DNA from: Thermoplasmatota archaeon
GTDB taxonomy: Archaea > Thermoplasmatota > E2 > DHVEG-1
Length of the DNA stretch: 64,000 nt
Direction: 5' to 3'
Assembly: GCA_041550515.1 (NCBI GenBank)
Contig: JBFEOQ010000002.1
Span: forward strand, 11,926-75,925
A program made the position numbers and the translations under genes. Position 1 is the stretch's first letter; the number at the start of each line of letters is the position of its first letter. This document shows, piece by piece, positions 44,811 through 54,359 of this stretch. The notes under the pieces were generated by a model. It made no database searches. It worked only from the letters and a program-made list of their open reading frames with translations, and had not been told where the DNA came from.

Positions 44811-46424
44811 TTATTTTGCTAAATTTACTTTCATTTTATGAAGATATGGAATTTCTATATAGAATATACTTCCTTTTCCTACTTGGCTTTCAACCCATAT
44901 TTTCCCATTATGCTTTTGGATTATATTACGGCATATAAAAAGACCTAAGCCTGTTCCTTCGTTTTTCCTATCATCTCCTGTATATGCTTGATAAAATTTA
45001 TTAAATATTTTTTTATGGTCATCTTTATATATTCCTATACCAGAATCTGTTATGGATATCAAAATATGATTTTTTTTCTGTTTTGCGATTATTCCTATTG
45101 AACCGCTATCTGTAAATTTTAAAGCATTTACTAATAAATTTTTAAGAACTTGCTCAAGTCTATATTTATCACCTAATATGTCTGGTAGATCTTTTGGTAT
45201 GTTTGTTATTAATTTCAATTCTTTTTGTTTTACTGCTGGTTTCATGTCCTCAGCTACTTCATATAATATTTCCACTAATGATATTTTCTCCATATCAAAA
45301 CGCATAGTATCTGTATCAAGTCTTGATACATCGAGTATATCATTTACTAGATTTAATAATCTTTCAGAGTTTCTAAGACTTATTTTAGCCCAATTTTTTA
45401 TTTTTTCATTAGACTCTTTATCTGATATTATTAGTTCAAGATAACCTTTTATTGGTGCAACAGGTGATTTGAGTTCATGTGCTGCAATGTTCATAAATTC
45501 TGTTTTTAATTTTTCTGATTTTTTGAGTTCATCTTCAATCTTTCTTCGTTCTGTTATATCCCGTATTGTAAGAACAATTCCTGCAAATTCGCCTTCTTTT
45601 TTAAAAGAAGCTACATTAACTTCTATTGGAACTATTTGACCATTTGTTTGCACTAGTTCTAATTCTACATTTTCAATTTTTTTATCTTTTTTACGTGTTT
45701 CTAGAAATATCTGTTGGAAGAGATAAACAGAATCTTTAGATAGATATTCACGTAATAATGTCGCTAGAATCTGATTTTTATTTCTATTTAACATCTTTTC
45801 AAAAGATGGATTGACATATGTTAGTCTTCCAAGAGGATCAATTGTTATTACTCCATCAGCAGTTGTCTCTGCAAGAATCCTATATTTCTCTTCAAGTTTT
45901 ATAAGTTCTTTCCATTTTTCCTGACGTTGAGTTATATCCTTACCACGTAATAATACTCCTTTGATGTTCTCATTATTATAAATTCGATCTATTGAAAAAA
46001 GAAAATCGTATCTAACTCCGTTATTGGTTTTTATTTCAGTCTCATAATCTATTACATCGCTACCATTGACTGCTAATTCAATTGCATTTGTATGTTTTTC
46101 AATATCTTCTTGTTTGAAAAAATTTTTTAGGATTGATATTTTTTTACCTAATACCTCTTGTTTTTTAATGTTAAGTAAATTAATTATTGCATTATTTATT
46201 TCTAATATTATCCCATTTTCTATATACAGCATTAGATCGCTTGTACCTTCAAAAATATCTTTAAATTTTTGTTCAAATGCATTTATCTCTGATTTTTTTT
46301 TATCTATATTATTCTCTTTTTTGTATTTATTATCATTGTCTAGACTTATCTGTAAATTAGATCTTAAAAGACCGAGTTTTTCTGCGTGTCTTAACTCATT
46401 AACTATAGTATGTTCATTTTTCAT
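44811..46424 (-). CDS. Cytoplasmic sensor histidine kinase (2x PAS, HisKA, HATPase_c)
   Basis: H-box NIAAHELKSP, N-box LLVNALKFT, G-boxes DSGIGI and GTGLGL, plus two PAS-like segments. No TM helix. Confidence 0.88.
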   Translation of the reverse strand: MKNEHTIVNELRHAEKLGLLRSNLQISLDNDNKYKKENNIDKKKSEINAFEQKFKDIFEGTSDLMLYIENGIILEINNAIINLLNIKKQEVLGKKISILKNFFKQEDIEKHTNAIELAVNGSDVIDYETEIKTNNGVRYDFLFSIDRIYNNENIKGVLLRGKDITQRQEKWKELIKLEEKYRILAETTADGVITIDPLGRLTYVNPSFEKMLNRNKNQILATLLREYLSKDSVYLFQQIFLETRKKDKKIENVELELVQTNGQIVPIEVNVASFKKEGEFAGIVLTIRDITERRKIEDELKKSEKLKTEFMNIAAHELKSPVAPIKGYLELIISDKESNEKIKNWAKISLRNSERLLNLVNDILDVSRLDTDTMRFDMEKISLVEILYEVAEDMKPAVKQKELKLITNIPKDLPDILGDKYRLEQVLKNLLVNALKFTDSGSIGIIAKQKKNHILISITDSGIGIYKDDHKKIFNKFYQAYTGDDRKNEGTGLGLFICRNIIQKHNGKIWVESQVGKGSIFYIEIPYLHKMKVNLAK

Positions 46425-46620
46425 TTATAAAACCTTATAAAACAGAATAAATTTCACTAAATTCGGTAAGTAAGCACTAAAAAGAATATTTATATATTTT
46501 TTTTTAAAATTCTTTTTGCATCCCATTCCACATCCCTGAATCAAAGCTAAATATAAATTTTTTAATTAAAGAATAGAATGTAGTTTTTAGTATATTAATT
46601 AATTGTTAGTTATAAACATA

Positions 46621-46695
46621 CGGACGTGGCGGGATTCGAACCCGCGAACTCCGGCTTAGAAGGCCGGTGCCATATCCAGGCTAAGCCACACGCCC
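46621..46695 (-). tRNA. tRNA-Arg(UCU)
   Basis: Hand-folded 75-nt cloverleaf. Acceptor is GGGCGTG/CACGTCC, the anticodon arm is CCGGC-CTTCTAA-GCCGG, the T-arm is GCGGG-TTCGAAT-CCCGC, and the discriminator is G. Confidence 0.85.
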
Positions 46696-46781
46696 AATTT
46701 CTTCAAACTATACAATTATGTTATGCTTGGTATATTATAAAAATAGATAAAAATTTGGATTTAAAAATCCAAATTGTTGAA

Positions 46782-47006
46782 TTATTCGTAGGGTGCAGAT
46801 TCACCTATTAGTTCTACATGCGTCAAAATCATACGTCTACAGCAATATCTATCAATACCTAGTTCATCGAGCATTTGTTTAGGTGTTTCTTTAGGTTTCT
46901 CACCAGCATCTAATGATTTTTTGTAGACGTCATATCGCTTAATATATTCTTCAAATGCATCTCCAATAATTTTTCCACAAGTAAAACATCTAACCGGTAT
47001 GATCAT
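46782..47006 (-). CDS. rpoN: DNA-directed RNA polymerase subunit N (Rpo10)
   Basis: [15 protein letters not shown]...[15 protein letters not shown]. The track ORF extends spuriously upstream into rps9. Confidence 0.9.
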   Translation of the reverse strand: MIIPVRCFTCGKIIGDAFEEYIKRYDVYKKSLDAGEKPKETPKQMLDELGIDRYCCRRMILTHVELIGESAPYE

Positions 47007-47013
47007 AAAATCT

Positions 47014-47418
47014 TCACCTATATGATTTCTGTCTTTTTTTACGGGCACCACGGCCCAATTGTTTTTTTGGTTCTTTTCTTCTTGAGTCACTGACAAGTAG
47101 ACTTCTATCATGATCAATATAAGTAATTTTTAAACTTGGATCGCCAGTGAACTCAACAATTCCTTTGGCAATAGCTGTTCTTGCAGCACTTGCTTGACCC
47201 ATAAAGCCACCACCTTTTACAGTTACATCTATGTTAATTTTATCTATATGATTTTCTGCAATATTTATTGCTTCCATTATTTTCCAACGAGCAATTTCAG
47301 GTTCATAGAGTTCAACGGGTACCCTATTAATTCTTACTAAGCCAGTCCCCTTCTGAATTGCTGCACGAGCAACTGCAGTTTTTCTTTTTCCTGATGTATT
47401 AACTACTTTTTTTACCAT
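47014..47418 (-). CDS. rps9: 30S ribosomal protein uS9
   Basis: [12 protein letters not shown]...[18 protein letters not shown]...RKKRQKSYR. Confidence 0.95.
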   Translation of the reverse strand: MVKKVVNTSGKRKTAVARAAIQKGTGLVRINRVPVELYEPEIARWKIMEAINIAENHIDKINIDVTVKGGGFMGQASAARTAIAKGIVEFTGDPSLKITYIDHDRSLLVSDSRRKEPKKQLGRGARKKRQKSYR

Positions 47419-47419
47419 A

Positions 47420-47833
47420 TTAAATCTTTGCTCCTAAAAATCTCGAAAGCTCTTCAACTGTTATATAATCAATGGGTTGTTTAATCGCTTCATTGATCCT
47501 TTCAAATTTTTGTCCTTCAAATTCTGCTGGGATGCCCATATAACATTTAAGACGTTTGAAAGATTTACGACCATGAGGTGTTTGATAAGGTATCATACCT
47601 CGAATTGTTCTTTTAACAATTTTATCAGGAGTTCTTGGGAAAAAAGGACCTTTTCTATAGGTTCCAAGCTCTCTTTTTTGTTTGTATATATTTTTTATTG
47701 AAGCTTTCTTGCCAGATATAATTGCTTTTTCGCTATTAATTACTGCAATTTCTTCTCCATTTAGAAGTCTTTTTGCAGTTTTTGTGCATAATCTTCCAAG
47801 TGTTGCACCTGTTGCATCAATTATAGCTATCAT
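47420..47833 (-). CDS. rpl13: 50S ribosomal protein uL13
   Basis: IIDATGATLGRL...RTIRGMIPY...G; conserved L18e-L13-S9-RpoN order. Confidence 0.93.
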   Translation of the reverse strand: MIAIIDATGATLGRLCTKTAKRLLNGEEIAVINSEKAIISGKKASIKNIYKQKRELGTYRKGPFFPRTPDKIVKRTIRGMIPYQTPHGRKSFKRLKCYMGIPAEFEGQKFERINEAIKQPIDYITVEELSRFLGAKI

Positions 47834-47839
47834 ATATCT

Positions 47840-48205
47840 TCATCCTAATATTCTTATGTTTTTACCATCTGGGTTTGATTTCATAAGTTCCTCTATCGTC
47901 ATTGTTTTACCACCTGCTTTTTTAATTTTTTCTGTTGCTTTTTCAGAAAATGACCAGGCTGCAATTGAAACTTTTTTAGTTAGCTCTCCAGTAGATAAAA
48001 CTTTTCCAGGAACTAATGCAGTTTCTTTATCACTTATATATTTACTTATTCTATCAAGATTTACTTCTGCCCAATTTTTTGAGGATTTTTCTAATCTTGA
48101 GGCGATATCTTTCCAAATTGATGAATCTTTTTCATTAGCTTGTTTTTTTAATTCATGAATTAGTAAGTTTAATGAAGGATTTGTTTTTAATCTTTTTTTT
48201 GACAT
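47840..48205 (-). CDS. rpl18e: 50S ribosomal protein eL18 (L18e)
   Basis: KTNPSLNLLIHELKK...VPGKVLSTGELTKKVSIAAWSFSEKA. Position upstream of rpl13. Confidence 0.88.
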   Translation of the reverse strand: MSKKRLKTNPSLNLLIHELKKQANEKDSSIWKDIASRLEKSSKNWAEVNLDRISKYISDKETALVPGKVLSTGELTKKVSIAAWSFSEKATEKIKKAGGKTMTIEELMKSNPDGKNIRILG

Positions 48206-48304
48206 AAGTTTTTCTCCAAGTAAGTGAAAACAAGTGAAAGGGGCTGGTATTTATAAGATTTGTGGGAGAAACAATTAAAAACAAATTGTAAATAAAAACT
48301 TTAC

Positions 48305-48808
48305 ATGAAAAAATTAATATCTATTTGTGGAAGCGATGGTTGTGATGAAAATCTGTCTAATTATGCATTAGAAATAGCAGAGAAAGTTGGTAAACTTGTT
48401 GCACAGAGAGGTGGTGTTATTGTTTGTGGAGGTCGTAAAGGTATTATGAAAGCTGCCTGTTTCGGAGCAAAAAAAGAAAGGGGTATTACTGTTGGTATAA
48501 TGCCATATGAAATAAATGAAGCAAATGAATTTATTGACATTGCAATTCCCACGGGACTTGGTAACATTAGGAATTATTTGGTATCAAGAACAGGTGATGT
48601 AACTATAGCAATTGGTGGACGTTGGGGTACACTTAATGAAATTTGTTTTAGAATGATATTAGAAAGACCTCTTATACTAATAAAAGGTACTGGCGGATGT
48701 GTTGATGAAATTATAAATGGAAATATTATGCAAGGAGTTGAATATAATTTTATAATTGCAGATTCCGCTGAGGACGCTGTTAATAAAGCCTTTGAAATTA
48801 TATCATAA
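48305..48808 (+). CDS. TIGR00725/LOG-like (SLOG) family protein
   Basis: VCGGRKGIMKAACFGA...TVGIMP...IPTGLGNIRN...AIGGRWGTLNE. Confidence 0.7.
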   Translation: MKKLISICGSDGCDENLSNYALEIAEKVGKLVAQRGGVIVCGGRKGIMKAACFGAKKERGITVGIMPYEINEANEFIDIAIPTGLGNIRNYLVSRTGDVTIAIGGRWGTLNEICFRMILERPLILIKGTGGCVDEIINGNIMQGVEYNFIIADSAEDAVNKAFEIIS

Positions 48809-48853
48809 AATTAATAATGGATTTTTATATTTCACGAATTGGGTTTTAAAAAC

Positions 48854-49144
48854 ATGAGGGAATATAGGATTAAAAAAGGACATCATCCAAATATTGAGGA
48901 TCTAATAAACAAATTCTTTGGAGCTAAAGGTGACATCTGTTCGGGAGTTAGATTTGAGGTAGATGGAATAGGTAAAATTGATATGAAACAAGAAAAAAAT
49001 TTTTTAATTGTTGATATTGAACCACCAAAAACAGTCAGTGGAGATTATAACATTATTAAAAAATGGAATGAATTTCTTTTTAAAGCAACAGGTATGACCA
49101 CAAAAGAAAGAAAAAAAGAATTTGGTAAAATTGAAAAAAAATAA
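48854..49144 (+). CDS. Hypothetical conserved-looking small protein (about 96 aa)
   Basis: ORF starting MREYRIKKGHHPNIEDLINKFFG. No motif I can assign confidently. An alternative upstream non-ATG start exists at 48839 (as annotated in the track). Confidence 0.45.
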   Translation: MREYRIKKGHHPNIEDLINKFFGAKGDICSGVRFEVDGIGKIDMKQEKNFLIVDIEPPKTVSGDYNIIKKWNEFLFKATGMTTKERKKEFGKIEKK

Positions 49145-49148
49145 ATAT

Positions 49149-49808
49149 TTATTTTTTTACTTTTCCCCAATCTTTAATAAAATTTTTTATTCCCTTATCT
49201 GTTAATGAGTGTTCAACCATTTTTCTTATAACATTTGGAGGTATTGTTGCAATATCAGCACCTAGTCTTGCTGCGTTAATAACATGTATTGGATGACGAA
49301 TACTTGCGACAATTAATTCTGTTTTTATATTATAGTTATAAAATATTTCTGTTATTTCTTCAATTATTTGCATTCCTTCTTGTCCAATATCATCGAGTCT
49401 ACCAATAAAAGGACTTATATATGTAGCTCCTGCCTTTGCAGCTAATAGTGCTTGATTTGCAGAAAATATAAGAGTTACATTTGTTTTTATTTTTTCTTTT
49501 GAAAGTTTTTTTACTGCTTTTAATCCTTCTGTAGTCATTGGAATTTTTATTGCAACGTTTTTTTGGTATTTTTCTGGAACTTTTTTTACTAGTTTTTTTG
49601 CTTCTTTTAACATGTCTTCGGCGTTTTCACTTACTACTTCAAGGCTTATTGGTCCATCTACCAACTTAAATATTTCGTTAATTATTTCTATAAAGGATTT
49701 GCCTGTTTTTGCTATAAGTGTAGGGTTAGTTGTTACTCCATCTAATATCCCCCAACTTGCTATTTCTTTTATTTCATCTAAATCTGCTGTATCGATAAAT
49801 ATCTTCAT
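49149..49808 (-). CDS. tal: Transaldolase/fructose-6-phosphate aldolase (short, type 3B)
   Basis: [15 protein letters not shown]...GVTTNPTL...KIPMT (Schiff-base Lys region)...[10 protein letters not shown]. The track's N-terminal extension is rejected. Confidence 0.9.
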   Translation of the reverse strand: MKIFIDTADLDEIKEIASWGILDGVTTNPTLIAKTGKSFIEIINEIFKLVDGPISLEVVSENAEDMLKEAKKLVKKVPEKYQKNVAIKIPMTTEGLKAVKKLSKEKIKTNVTLIFSANQALLAAKAGATYISPFIGRLDDIGQEGMQIIEEITEIFYNYNIKTELIVASIRHPIHVINAARLGADIATIPPNVIRKMVEHSLTDKGIKNFIKDWGKVKK

Positions 49809-49984
49809 TATATATATCTCGCTCCAAATCAAGGTGTATCTTGTTTTTGTAAATAACTTTTTGGTTTTTTTATATAGAATTCTTTTTCTTTTATTTTTAA
49901 AGGGTTCATATTTAGAAATATTTGAAAATATCAAAATGTATATATATTCAAGTATACATTCCTTTTCACTGTGGTGGATGGGAT

Positions 49985-50140
49985 ATGCCTCTAACAAGAA
50001 AAGCCCGAATTGTAGGTAGTAGTTTAGTGGTTACAATACCTAGTCAACTAGCAAAAGCTCATGATATTACCGATGGGGATGAAATTGAGATAATACCTAC
50101 TGCAATTGGAGAATTTACAATTAGAAAACTAAAAAAATAA
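49985..50140 (+). CDS. AbrB/SpoVT-type DNA-binding protein (51 aa)
   Basis: [32 protein letters not shown] is a swapped-hairpin barrel pattern. Start moved to MPLTRK. Confidence 0.65.
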   Translation: MPLTRKARIVGSSLVVTIPSQLAKAHDITDGDEIEIIPTAIGEFTIRKLKK

Positions 50141-50203
50141 ATTTTATCTTGATTAAATTACTTATTAAACTTTTAATCTATAATTGTACAAAAGATTAAT
50201 GTC

Positions 50204-50875
50204 TTATAATCCAGATGCTAGGTCAAAAAGAACTTTTTCTTTGTTAGTAGCTTTTACAACACCACTTGCAAGAAGAACACCATCTGCTCCTAGAGTTATT
50301 GCTTTTGAAACATCACGACCATTTTTTACTCCTGCTCCACAAACTACTTTTACATTATTATTTATCTTTTTAACGGCTTCAACACTTTTACTAACAATCT
50401 CAGGATCAGCTAATGTAACAGATATGTCTCCACCAATTAATTCTGGTGGTTCTATAGCGATAAAATTGGGTGAAAATGCTGCGATAGCTCTTGATGTTGC
50501 AACGTTGTTAGAACATACTATATGATCAAGTTTAAGTTCTTTTGCACGAGAAATACAAGTATCTACATCTGCAATAGTAAGTCGGTGCTCACTGTGGTTT
50601 ATTAATGTACCAGCTGCTCCTGCTGCTTTTACTGCTTCTGGAAGAGTCCAACCAGTATGACTGCCTGGTTTTATTGGATCTATATGTTCTGCAAAAACTG
50701 GAATTTGAATTTTTTCAACACAAAGAGATATATCTGTTGTTTGTACAGCTATTGCCATACTTGCACCAGTTTCTTTTGATACCTTCTCCATTATTTTAGC
50801 AATTTCAAGTACTTTGGTTGCTGTTGCTTCAGAATATGTTTTAACATTAAGCACAATTGTAGGTATTTTTAACAT
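50204..50875 (-). CDS. tpiA: Triosephosphate isomerase, archaeal type
   Basis: 223 aa with LINHSEHR, IAIEPPELIG and CGAGV motifs. Confidence 0.9.
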   Translation of the reverse strand: MLKIPTIVLNVKTYSEATATKVLEIAKIMEKVSKETGASMAIAVQTTDISLCVEKIQIPVFAEHIDPIKPGSHTGWTLPEAVKAAGAAGTLINHSEHRLTIADVDTCISRAKELKLDHIVCSNNVATSRAIAAFSPNFIAIEPPELIGGDISVTLADPEIVSKSVEAVKKINNNVKVVCGAGVKNGRDVSKAITLGADGVLLASGVVKATNKEKVLFDLASGL

Positions 50876-50949
50876 AATATTTTACCACACTATAAGCAGG
50901 GTAATCAATTATCTTTAATATATACTTCTGTATTCCCCATAGGAAAAAA

Positions 50950-51630
50950 ATGTTAGTTCAACTTCAATCAATATTGTTACTTGGAATTATTCCTGCCCTT
51001 ATTTTTTTATTCCTAAGTTTAAAGGGATATGATGCTTTATATAAACAAAAAACTATTTTTTTAATATTAATTGTTGGAATTATAATCGGAGTTGTTGTTG
51101 CGGTAGTTAGAGCTTTTACTCAACCATTACCGTTTTCCTATTTGTTTATTATATTGTTTGCTTTTTTTGAGCAATTAATTAAAACAATAATTCTGAATAT
51201 TGGTCGTTTTCAAAGAAAAAAAGAAACAACAATTTATGGATTAACTCTTGGTTTAGGATTTGGTGCTTCATTTACTCCTTTTTTAATACTTGCAGGTAGC
51301 ATTGCAGAAGAACCTACTCTTTCGTTATATGGTTTGATATTAGTTGGAACAATTGGTTTTACATTATTTCATGCATCTACTGCAGCATATATTGGTTATG
51401 GAATATACATTGGGCGATTAACTAAATATCTTATTACTGCAATAATTTTACAATTACCTTTTAATCTATTTTTCGATCTTTCAAGATATACAAAAGATCC
51501 ACTATTTGTGTACTCTCAATTTGCTTTATTAATATACGGTTTGATTTGCTATGTATATATAATAAAATATGTAATGCCAAATATATTAAAAAATAAAAAA
51601 CAAAGAAAAAGAAGTAAAAGAACGATTTAA
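50950..51630 (+). CDS. Polytopic membrane protein (about 7 TM), unknown function
   Basis: Hydrophobicity pattern only. A weak resemblance to PrsW/CPBP-type membrane proteases (FFEQLIK, LFHAS) is not convincing. Confidence 0.45.
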   Translation: MLVQLQSILLLGIIPALIFLFLSLKGYDALYKQKTIFLILIVGIIIGVVVAVVRAFTQPLPFSYLFIILFAFFEQLIKTIILNIGRFQRKKETTIYGLTLGLGFGASFTPFLILAGSIAEEPTLSLYGLILVGTIGFTLFHASTAAYIGYGIYIGRLTKYLITAIILQLPFNLFFDLSRYTKDPLFVYSQFALLIYGLICYVYIIKYVMPNILKNKKQRKRSKRTI

Positions 51631-52077
51631 ATGGACTCAATTCAAAAAGATTTAATGAATTTAAAAAATGATCCTAAAGATAACATTGAAAAATATTCTG
51701 TATTTCCAATAATTGCAGGAATTTTATTAGTATTTACAGGTCTTATATCAATTATAGGATGGATTTTATTTATGAATACAGATGTATCATTACTAGGAGA
51801 TTTATTAAAACAAATTCAAGAAACAGTTCCATCGTATACTATTGAAGATTTAAAAAACTTCATCTCAGTTTGTTCATCAATAGGAATTGTTGTTTCTATT
51901 TTCCCGATTCTAGGTGGTATATTATCAGCTAAAAAGAAACTATGGGGAATATCTTTAACAAGTTCAATATTTGGATTTGTTGTTATCATTCCATTTTTTT
52001 TCTTATTATTTATTCCACTTATTTCAATGATTCTATTGATAGTCTCAAGAAGATATTTTAATAATATTCAAAACTAA
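51631..52077 (+). CDS. Membrane protein (about 4 TM), unknown function
   Basis: The ATG directly abuts the upstream stop (TAAATG). Hydrophobic helices. Confidence 0.45.
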   Translation: MDSIQKDLMNLKNDPKDNIEKYSVFPIIAGILLVFTGLISIIGWILFMNTDVSLLGDLLKQIQETVPSYTIEDLKNFISVCSSIGIVVSIFPILGGILSAKKKLWGISLTSSIFGFVVIIPFFFLLFIPLISMILLIVSRRYFNNIQN

Positions 52078-52137
52078 CTATCTCTATAGAAAAAAAATAA
52101 AAATTTGGAGAATTAAATACTTCTCCAATCCCTATAT

Positions 52138-52836
52138 TTATTTTGTTGGTGGTCTAAAATCTTTACCACAATATGGGCATACTTGTGAATCCATTGGAAT
52201 TGGTCTTCCACAATTTGGACAATTTCTACCAGTTTGTTGAGCCGAACTCCTAGGAGCATCTGTTGATAAATTATCAGGTAAGCTAAAGAACGCGATTATC
52301 TCCATTATTTTTGCAATAAAAATAATAATAATTCCAATACCGATAACCAAAGTGAATGCTCCAACAAGATAAACAAGTCCAGTTGTTTTGAATAATCCTA
52401 CTTTTGTGTGATCGGTGATGCAATCATAGCTTTTTTTGAGGTATAAAGCACCGATTATCACAAAAATCCATCCAATAAGAAAAGCAACAGCACAACCTAC
52501 TAAAAATGGTGATATATAATCAAAAACTGCTGAAGGATTTGTCATATCTACAGATTCAAAAGAGGTTAAATATGCTATACCTCCCACCGTTGCGAATGTA
52601 TAGAATAATACAGCAAATACAGCAATTATACTAATAAATGTGCAGATGAAATAATATAGATAGTTATTAAAAATCGAATTATCCTTAGTCTCTTCAGCAA
52701 TATTTTTTACTCCTAAAAATAGTAGAACTAATCCAACTAATACAATTAAAAAACCTACTGTGGGAATAATCCATCCTACTAGCATTAATAAGGCACCTAT
52801 CCCGCCTAAAATCTTTGCGTTTTTTAAATCTCCCAT
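52138..52836 (-). CDS. DUF996-like membrane protein with C-terminal zinc ribbon
   Basis: About 6 TM helices starting GDLKNAKILGGIGALLMLVG. C-terminal CPNCGRPIPMDSQVCPYCGKDF. Confidence 0.55.
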   Translation of the reverse strand: MGDLKNAKILGGIGALLMLVGWIIPTVGFLIVLVGLVLLFLGVKNIAEETKDNSIFNNYLYYFICTFISIIAVFAVLFYTFATVGGIAYLTSFESVDMTNPSAVFDYISPFLVGCAVAFLIGWIFVIIGALYLKKSYDCITDHTKVGLFKTTGLVYLVGAFTLVIGIGIIIIFIAKIMEIIAFFSLPDNLSTDAPRSSAQQTGRNCPNCGRPIPMDSQVCPYCGKDFRPPTK

Positions 52837-52916
52837 TTTCTTTTTCTCCTATAATTTTTAGTTTTTGTAGATTGTAAACCTATATATACATATCGTTTTT
52901 TTAGGCAATGAAGCAA

Positions 52917-53468
52917 TTAATTATTTTTTTTATTTATAAAAAGATCTCTTGATTCATCTATAATAATCCCTATTGCAAGACCGCATATAAAACCAATTAA
53001 ACTTCCAGTTATTAATCTGATTAAATTATTACTATCCCAGAACCCAAATAATTGGCCAAAACCATCAATTCCAATTGGAAATAAACCTAATAATATTAAA
53101 TAAATAAATTTTTCATCTAGATTTATTTTGTATATAATAATAAAAACTAAACCTATTGTAATTCCAAGCCATATTGCAGTACAACGAGCACAAAAAGGCA
53201 TTTCATTTCCATTTATTGAAAAACTTCTATCCAATTTTTGGTGACATAAAATATCCCCTGCTGTGTAGATAGAGTTCCATGGTACGATCATATTATTAGT
53301 TTTTTTTTGGTTGTCAATAAAACCTATTGTTCCATCTAGTTTCGAAATTCTCTCTGAAGGTAATACTAAAGGAGTTAAAAACTGTAATAAAATCCATATC
53401 AAAAAAAATGTAAAAATAATTATAGAAATCTTAGAAAATTTTTCCCTTCTTTTCATCCTTAAATTCAT
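52917..53468 (-). CDS. DUF2085-like membrane protein
   Basis: CHQKLDRSF...PFCARCTAIW signature within a multi-TM protein. Confidence 0.6.
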   Translation of the reverse strand: MNLRMKRREKFSKISIIIFTFFLIWILLQFLTPLVLPSERISKLDGTIGFIDNQKKTNNMIVPWNSIYTAGDILCHQKLDRSFSINGNEMPFCARCTAIWLGITIGLVFIIIYKINLDEKFIYLILLGLFPIGIDGFGQLFGFWDSNNLIRLITGSLIGFICGLAIGIIIDESRDLFINKKNN

Positions 53469-53994
53469 CTCTTGAGATAAAGATTAGTATAAATGCAATT
53501 ATACTTAGAATAGAACCAATAAGGAAAAAACCAAATGAGAAAATTGCTATAAACGATCCAGTGATCGCTAGAATGAAATATTCACGTTTAATACAAGCAA
53601 ATAATGAAATTAATGCAAAAATAGAAATGATAACAATAAAAATTGAATAACCAAAATTTGTATTATCTTTAAAAAATTCCAAAAAAGAAATATTATCAAC
53701 TGTGGTTTTAACAAAAATATCAAAAAAAACAGCAGTTGATATTCCAATTAAAAAAACACAAATAAGAAATAAAACAGCAATCATTGGTTTATTAGAACGA
53801 GGTTTTATACAAGAAAGTACAGTTTTACGCGGTTCACCATATTCTTCCCAATCTAAATCCTTGGAATTACATTTCGCTTCGACACTAAATTTATTTTTAC
53901 ATTTTGGGCATAGAACATCATGTATCTTTTTATCTACAGTAAGCTCCAAAATAAACTCATTTTTGCATCTTGGGCAAATTGTCTTTCCCTTCAA
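53431..53994 (-). CDS. N-terminal double zinc-ribbon membrane protein
   Basis: CPRCKNEF...CPKCKNKF followed by 4 TM helices. The 3' end overlaps the next gene by 38 nt. Confidence 0.5.
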   Translation of the reverse strand: MKGKTICPRCKNEFILELTVDKKIHDVLCPKCKNKFSVEAKCNSKDLDWEEYGEPRKTVLSCIKPRSNKPMIAVLFLICVFLIGISTAVFFDIFVKTTVDNISFLEFFKDNTNFGYSIFIVIISIFALISLFACIKREYFILAITGSFIAIFSFGFFLIGSILSIIAFILIFISRDEFKDEKKGKIF

Positions 53995-54147
53995 TTGTTA
54001 TCCACCATAACCTTCATTTTAATTTTCAATTGGGTAAATTTCTATAATTTTTAAAAAACTTTCTCTTTAAAAAAGTTTTAGATAGTTAGTTGTACTAATC
54101 TTTATATAATAATTTCTTATTCCAAAAAGTTAAAGGCGGTATCAAAT

Positions 54148-54297
54148 ATGGCAAGATTTCCAGAAGCTGAAGCACGTACATTAAATAAAAAAGTATGTAT
54201 GAAATGTGGTTGTATTAATGCAATAAAAGCAGATAGATGTCGAAGATGCCGATCAAAAGAATTAAGAGTAAAGGCAAAAGAGGGACGAGGAGTCTAA
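54148..54297 (+). CDS. rpl40e: 50S ribosomal protein eL40
   Basis: Hand translation: [49 protein letters not shown] (49 aa). Not in the track. Confidence 0.88.
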   Translation: MARFPEAEARTLNKKVCMKCGCINAIKADRCRRCRSKELRVKAKEGRGV

Positions 54298-54359
54298 TTT
54301 TTTTTACCGTTATGTTTAAGAGCATTTTTTCTTTTTTGGTTTCATAAGGTTGAAAAAAT

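Noticed and set aside
46626-46811. Tracked 61-aa ORF (MAGFEPANSGLEGRCHIQAKPHAQ...)
   Set aside because: It is the plus-strand reading of the tRNA-Arg(UCU) gene plus AT-rich spacer. The tRNA fold explains the GC-rich stretch.
49985-50140. AbrB/MazE-like gene as the antitoxin of a toxin-antitoxin pair
   Set aside because: No toxin-like ORF is adjacent. The downstream neighbour is convergent tpiA, so I treat it as a stand-alone AbrB-type DNA-binding protein.
50950-51630. PrsW/CPBP-type intramembrane protease call for the 226-aa membrane protein
   Set aside because: Only a vague resemblance (FEQLIK instead of an EExxK motif). That is insufficient for a family assignment, so it is left as a hypothetical membrane protein.
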